From the NCBI GenBank assembly GCA_036378075.1, contig DASUXE010000113.1:1-29178 (forward strand): DNA of 29,178 nt, written 5' to 3'. The stretch's first letter is position 1, and every line of letters starts with the position of its first letter. A program made the translations under genes and the position numbers. The DNA comes from Gammaproteobacteria bacterium. GTDB taxonomy: Bacteria; Pseudomonadota; Gammaproteobacteria; Natronospirales; REEB76. The notes beneath the pieces are model-generated. The model had not been told where the DNA came from. It saw only the letters and a list, made by a program, of their open reading frames with translations, and searched no databases. Below, one piece after another: positions 24,892 through 29,178 of this stretch.

Positions 24892-26493
24892 GTGGCCCAG
24901 GGCAAGTTGCGCAAAGATGCCGGATTGGTCGGCCTGCTATTCGCCGGTGTCAGTTCCATGATCGGGTCGGGCTGGCTGTTCGGCCCCATGCATGCAGCCA
25001 AGGATGCGGGTCCACTGAGTATCGGTTCCTGGGCGATTGCTGCCCTGGTCGTCGGTCTGATCGCGCTGGTGTATGCCGAACTGGGCCCCATGTTTACCCG
25101 GAGCGGCGGGCTCATGTACATGAGTGTCATTACCCACGGACGCCTGGTCGGACGCATCTGGAGCTGGATCCTGTTTCTGGCCTACGTTTCCATCGCACCG
25201 GTCGAAGCCATGGCCGTCGTCACCTACGCCAACAGCTATCTGCCCGGGATGGTGCATCCGGCAACGGGTCTGTTGACGACATTCGGCGTGGTCATCGCTG
25301 TGATCGTGCTGGGGCTGCTGACCGCGCTGAATTTTCTGGTGCTGCGGCTGGTTTTGATGCTTAACACGGTGGCGACCTGGATCAAGGTCTGCGCGCCGAT
25401 CGGCACCATCATCGTGCTGCTGATCTTTTCGCATCACCCGGAGAACCTGTCGGTGCCGGCGCACGCGACCGGCAACGTCATGAACATGTTCACCGCTATC
25501 TCGACCGCGGGGGTGTTCTTTTCACTGTTCGGCTTCACGCAGGCGATCCAGCTTGCCGGCGAGACCGCCGATCCGGCCCGCAACATTCCCATTGCCGTAA
25601 TCGGCACGATCATCATCGGCGCGATCATCTTCGTGCTGGTGCAATACGCGTTTGTCGCTGCCGTTCCACCGGATGTGCTGGCGCGCGACGGCTGGGCCGG
25701 ACTCAATTTCAGCGGCATCTCCGGACCGATGGCGGGACTGGCCATCACCATCGGCGCATCGTTTTGGGCGTATGCGCTGTTCGCCGATGCCATCATTTCA
25801 CCCGCGGCCTGCGGCTATATCTGGACCACCGCGACCGCACGCATGCTGATGGCTTCTTCGGATGAAAAGTTTGCGTCCCCGGGAATGCAGCAGATCAACC
25901 GCTACGGCGTGCCGTGGAAGGCGTTGATTGTGAGTTTCCTGATCGGGCTGCTGTTCTTCTTTCCGTTTCCATCCTGGCAGAAGCTGGTGGATTATGCGTC
26001 GTCGGCGACCGTGCTCTCGTATGGTCTCGGCTGCATCGTGCTGCTGCAATTGCGTCGCGTGATGCCCGACGTCAAGCGCCCGTTCCGCTTGTGGCGAGCC
26101 TGGACGATTGTTCCGCTCGCGTTTATTGCATCGAACTTCGTGCTGTTCTGGGCCGGGTTTTCCGTCATGAGTTTTCTGTTTGTGATTCTACTGGCAGGTC
26201 TGGCGCTGTATCTGATTTTCAACAGCGGCGAAGGTGCGCGAGACTGGCAGCATGCGCTGTGGTTGATTCCCTATTTCGGCGGCATGTGGCTGTTGAGCTG
26301 GATCGGCCCGGCCGAGATGGGCGGCAAAGGCTTTATCAACATTTACTGGGACATGCTTGCGGTGGCGGTGTTGAGTCTGATCATTCTCTACATTGCGCTC
26401 AACACCAGCGTGAGTGCGGAACGGTCGGCACAGTATTATGCGAGTATCAGCGAAACTGCGGACATCGAGGTGCCGGCACCTGGCAGTGTTTGA
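24892..26493 (+). CDS. APC family amino acid permease (YveA-like aspartate/proton symporter type)
   Basis: 'SSMIGSGWLFG', 'YAELG.MF..SGG', 'FSLFGFTQA.QLAGE...P.RNIP', 'PDVKRPFR'. GTG start at 24892 with SD AGGAGA. Confidence 0.9.
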   Translation: MAQGKLRKDAGLVGLLFAGVSSMIGSGWLFGPMHAAKDAGPLSIGSWAIAALVVGLIALVYAELGPMFTRSGGLMYMSVITHGRLVGRIWSWILFLAYVSIAPVEAMAVVTYANSYLPGMVHPATGLLTTFGVVIAVIVLGLLTALNFLVLRLVLMLNTVATWIKVCAPIGTIIVLLIFSHHPENLSVPAHATGNVMNMFTAISTAGVFFSLFGFTQAIQLAGETADPARNIPIAVIGTIIIGAIIFVLVQYAFVAAVPPDVLARDGWAGLNFSGISGPMAGLAITIGASFWAYALFADAIISPAACGYIWTTATARMLMASSDEKFASPGMQQINRYGVPWKALIVSFLIGLLFFFPFPSWQKLVDYASSATVLSYGLGCIVLLQLRRVMPDVKRPFRLWRAWTIVPLAFIASNFVLFWAGFSVMSFLFVILLAGLALYLIFNSGEGARDWQHALWLIPYFGGMWLLSWIGPAEMGGKGFINIYWDMLAVAVLSLIILYIALNTSVSAERSAQYYASISETADIEVPAPGSV

Positions 26494-26522
26494 TGAGCGC
26501 TCAGGGATGAGCCGGACAAATC

Positions 26523-27161
26523 GTGCCAGCTAGCCGCGTTGCGGTAATCCGGAACTGGGAACCCAACCCCGGCGCCAGCTTTTCGCTGGCGTTGCTTGCC
26601 GCCTTACTGTCGACAATCGCATTCCTGATTCTCCTGCATCAACCGAGATTGTCGGCGACGCATTCGGATGCTGTTTCAATCGTGTTACTGAAATATGCGC
26701 CGGTGCGAAAGAACATTAAAAAACCGCGGCACCACCCGGCGACTTCATCTCCGAAGCCCCACATAACCCACGCGCTGCCTGAACCTGCGGTTAAACTGCC
26801 GGCGTTGGCACAGGGCCTGGATCTCAGTATTCCACCTCTGACAGCAAATCCCCCGGCATTTGACGCACCGCGCACCAAACCAATGGATCGCAATCTCGGC
26901 CGGTCACTGAACCGGCCTGTGAAAGCAGCGCCGGCGCTTGAGGACAATCACGCCTTTCGGAACATCGATGGCAAAACGTTGATCAGATCCGGCAATCTGT
27001 GCGGGAGCGTTGAAACCCTGCAGATGAGTCCATCACCCACCAATAAAGCGTCGGTCGGGTCTTTTACGCCCTGCCCCGGCGAATACCAACCGAGTCTTGG
27101 TGATCAGTTGCTGGATTGGGCGAAGCAGAAACAGGAAAAATCCGCGCTCCCTCCGCCTTGA
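26523..27161 (+). CDS. Hypothetical membrane-anchored protein with a Pro-rich linker
   Basis: 212 aa, GTG start, one TM helix (about aa 20-40), a Pro/Lys/His-rich spacer and a small C-terminal domain with 2 Cys. It fills the gap between the APC permease and yadH. Confidence 0.55.
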   Translation: MPASRVAVIRNWEPNPGASFSLALLAALLSTIAFLILLHQPRLSATHSDAVSIVLLKYAPVRKNIKKPRHHPATSSPKPHITHALPEPAVKLPALAQGLDLSIPPLTANPPAFDAPRTKPMDRNLGRSLNRPVKAAPALEDNHAFRNIDGKTLIRSGNLCGSVETLQMSPSPTNKASVGSFTPCPGEYQPSLGDQLLDWAKQKQEKSALPPP

Positions 27162-27956
27162 TCAGCTGCGCAGTCCGATGCCCTTGTTGAGCAGCCACAT
27201 ACTGAAGGCAAAAAGTGCCACGATGAACAGCAGGATGATGGCGTAAGCGGTACCGATGCCGATGTCGGAAACCCCGAGTATCCCGTAACGGAACGCATTG
27301 ACCATGTACAGGATCGGGTTGACCTTGGAGATGTTCTGAAAAACCGGTGGCAGCAGATGGATGGAGTAGAACACGCCGCCCAGATAGGTTAACGGCGTCA
27401 GGATGAAAGTCGGCACAATGGTGACATCGTCGAACTTCTTGGCAAATACCGCGTTGATGAATCCACCCAGCGCAAATACCACGGCTGTGAGTATCACCAC
27501 CGAAACCGTGATCAGCAGATGTGCAACATGCAAATGCGTGAACAACATTGCGACGATTGCCACCAGCGTACCTACCACCAGGCCACGCACCACGCCACCT
27601 GTTGCATACCCGAGCACGATGTAGAAATTCGGCAATGGCGAGACCTGCAATTCCTCGATGTGACGGCCGAACTTGGCGCCGAAAAACGAGGACACCACGT
27701 TGGTATAGGAATTGTTGATAACCGACATCATGATCAGGCCCGGCGCCAGGAAGGTCATGTAGCTGTAACCGCCCATCTGCCCCACCCGGCTGCCAATCAG
27801 CGCGCCGAAGATCATGAAATAGAGCGTCATCTGGATCACCGGCGGGACAAGAGTCTGCACCCAGATACGGGTGACGCGCACGATCTCGCGGTTGACGATG
27901 GTCTGGAAACCGATCAGGTTTTCACGCAGCCGTGAGGCCTTGATTACCGCACTCAT
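27162..27956 (-). CDS. yadH: ABC-2 transporter permease YadH-like
   Basis: 'REIVRVTRIWVQTLVPPVIQMTLYFMIFG.LIGSR', 'NVVSSFFGAKF...IEEL.VSP', 'TPLTYLGGVFYS'. Its ATG (27956) overlaps the yadG stop. Confidence 0.9.
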   Translation of the reverse strand: MSAVIKASRLRENLIGFQTIVNREIVRVTRIWVQTLVPPVIQMTLYFMIFGALIGSRVGQMGGYSYMTFLAPGLIMMSVINNSYTNVVSSFFGAKFGRHIEELQVSPLPNFYIVLGYATGGVVRGLVVGTLVAIVAMLFTHLHVAHLLITVSVVILTAVVFALGGFINAVFAKKFDDVTIVPTFILTPLTYLGGVFYSIHLLPPVFQNISKVNPILYMVNAFRYGILGVSDIGIGTAYAIILLFIVALFAFSMWLLNKGIGLRS

Positions 27957-28867
27957 TGCTTGTTCTCCACCAGCCGCAGGAACAATTCCTCCAGGCGGTT
28001 GGCCTTGTTGCGCATGCTCAAAACCTGCACATCCGCTTTCGACAGCATCTCGAACAGCCCGTTTACGTTCTGCGACCGGCTGATCTCGACCTCGAGCGTC
28101 GTGTCGTCCGTCTGATTTACAGCATAACCGTCCAGTGGTGGCAGTTTGGCGAGCGGCTGGCGCAGGTTCAAAATGAATGTTTCGGTGTGCAGTTTGGCCA
28201 GCAGATCGCGGGTCGAGCCGAATTCGATGATTTTGCCGTGATCGATGATTCCCACCCGCCGGCACAGGTTCTCGGCCTCTTCCAGATAGTGGGTGGTGAG
28301 GATGATGGTGATACCTTCACGATTGATACGCTTGAGAAACTCCCACATCGAACGGCGGATCTCGATATCCACACCGGCGGTGGGTTCGTCGAGAATCAGC
28401 AACCTGGGCTCGTGCACCAGTGCACGTGCGATCATCAAACGCCGTTTCATACCGCCTGACAGATTGCGCGACATGTCGTTGCGCTTGTCCCACAGTGACA
28501 GCTGCCGCAGGTATTTTTCGGTGCGCTCACGCGCCAGTTTACGCGGGATTCCGTAAAAGCCCGCCTGATTGACAACGATATCCTGGACTTTCTCGAACTG
28601 GTTGAAATTGATTTCCTGGGGCACCAGGCCGATGCAGGATTTGGCCCGTTCGAGGTCAGTCTCGATGTTGTGTCCGAAGACCTCCACGCTGCCGCTGGTC
28701 TTGGTCACCAGCGAGGTAATGATTCCGATGGTCGTGGTCTTGCCGGCGCCATTCGGTCCCAGCAGGGCGCAAAACTCGCCTTGCGCCACATCCAGGCTGA
28801 TGCCCTTCAGCGCCTGGGTGCCGTTTCGATAGGTTTTAGTCAAATCGCGGATCGAGAGCGCTTGCAT
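27953..28867 (-). CDS. yadG: ABC transporter ATP-binding protein YadG-like
   Basis: GPNGAGKTT, LSGGMKRR, 'LILDEPTAGVDIEIRR', 'LTTHYLEEAE', C-terminal 'MRNKANRLEELF'. Start at MQAL (28867). Confidence 0.92.
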   Translation of the reverse strand: MQALSIRDLTKTYRNGTQALKGISLDVAQGEFCALLGPNGAGKTTTIGIITSLVTKTSGSVEVFGHNIETDLERAKSCIGLVPQEINFNQFEKVQDIVVNQAGFYGIPRKLARERTEKYLRQLSLWDKRNDMSRNLSGGMKRRLMIARALVHEPRLLILDEPTAGVDIEIRRSMWEFLKRINREGITIILTTHYLEEAENLCRRVGIIDHGKIIEFGSTRDLLAKLHTETFILNLRQPLAKLPPLDGYAVNQTDDTTLEVEISRSQNVNGLFEMLSKADVQVLSMRNKANRLEELFLRLVENKQ

Positions 28868-28944
28868 TGCCGTGCCGGTACCACATGACGGCGCCAGCCG
28901 GCGCCGGGGAGGCGGAATCTTAACATGCGCTCCGGCGGACACCG

Positions 28945-28979
28945 CAAAAAGAAAGGCCCGCGGCGTCAGCCGCGGGCCT
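28945..28979 (-). terminator. Rho-independent terminator of the protease-like gene at the right edge
   Basis: Minus strand: AGGCCCGCGG-ctgacg-CCGCGGGCCT followed by TTCTTTTTG, about 30 nt after the stop at 29012. Confidence 0.85.
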
Positions 28980-29011
28980 CAATAGAGGAATGCTTGTAAT
29001 TTTCGGGACTG

Positions 29012-29178
29012 TTACGGGTGCTGCAGGCAGAACGTGAAGCTGCCGCTGCCAGCGTAGCCGTAGATATCCCAGATGTAATAACCGCTGCTACCGTTGTACG
29101 AGATCGACTCGGTGGCGGTGTTGCTGGTCGAGGAAGCAACCACCATCCAGCCGTAACGCGAGTTCCACTTGTACAGGT
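29012..29178 (-). CDS. C-terminal fragment of a secreted protein with a PPC-like (pre-peptidase C-terminal) domain, probably a protease
   Basis: Manual translation: ...LYKWNSRYGWMVVASSTSNTATESISYNGSSGYYIWDIYGYAGSGSFTFCLQHP*. This has the 'S.....ESISY..GYY...Y.GSG' pattern of PPC domains. Confidence 0.65.
   Translation of the reverse strand, partial: LYKWNSRYGWMVVASSTSNTATESISYNGSSGYYIWDIYGYAGSGSFTFCLQHP

Noticed and set aside
1-29178. CRISPR array, IS/transposase, integrase, prophage, tRNA or rRNA
   Set aside because: No regularly spaced direct repeats, recombinase/transposase motifs, terminal inverted repeats or RNA-gene signatures were seen on either strand by manual reading.

Overview
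A 29.2-kb GC-rich, gene-dense bacterial chromosomal segment. The housekeeping genes (mnmG, hemH, mscL, a FadI-like thiolase, a NorM-type MATE, yadGH) look gammaproteobacterial. I found no rRNA, tRNA, CRISPR array or mobile element. The strongest leads are four. (1) A six-gene minus-strand operon (5235 to 1044) in which every junction overlaps: membrane protein, Xre HTH, a 52-aa hydrophobic peptide missing from the ORF track, a TAP-like peptidase and a NatAB-like ABC exporter. It has a probable leaderless sigma70 promoter covered by three operator-like boxes spaced exactly 21 bp apart. (2) A two-gene module of a coiled-coil/polytopic membrane protein and a vWA-MIDAS lipoprotein (13026-15129). 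(3) A secreted FecR-like plus SPOR protein with a very Met/His-rich insert (10793-11695). (4) An in-frame fusion of an NfeD/YbbJ-like membrane segment with glutathione peroxidase, retaining an internal RBS and sitting directly after mnmG. The window also has a candidate FNR-type class II promoter before a DUF4382-like lipoprotein and a cluster of secreted serine hydrolases. All family assignments come from motif recognition by eye, not from database searches.
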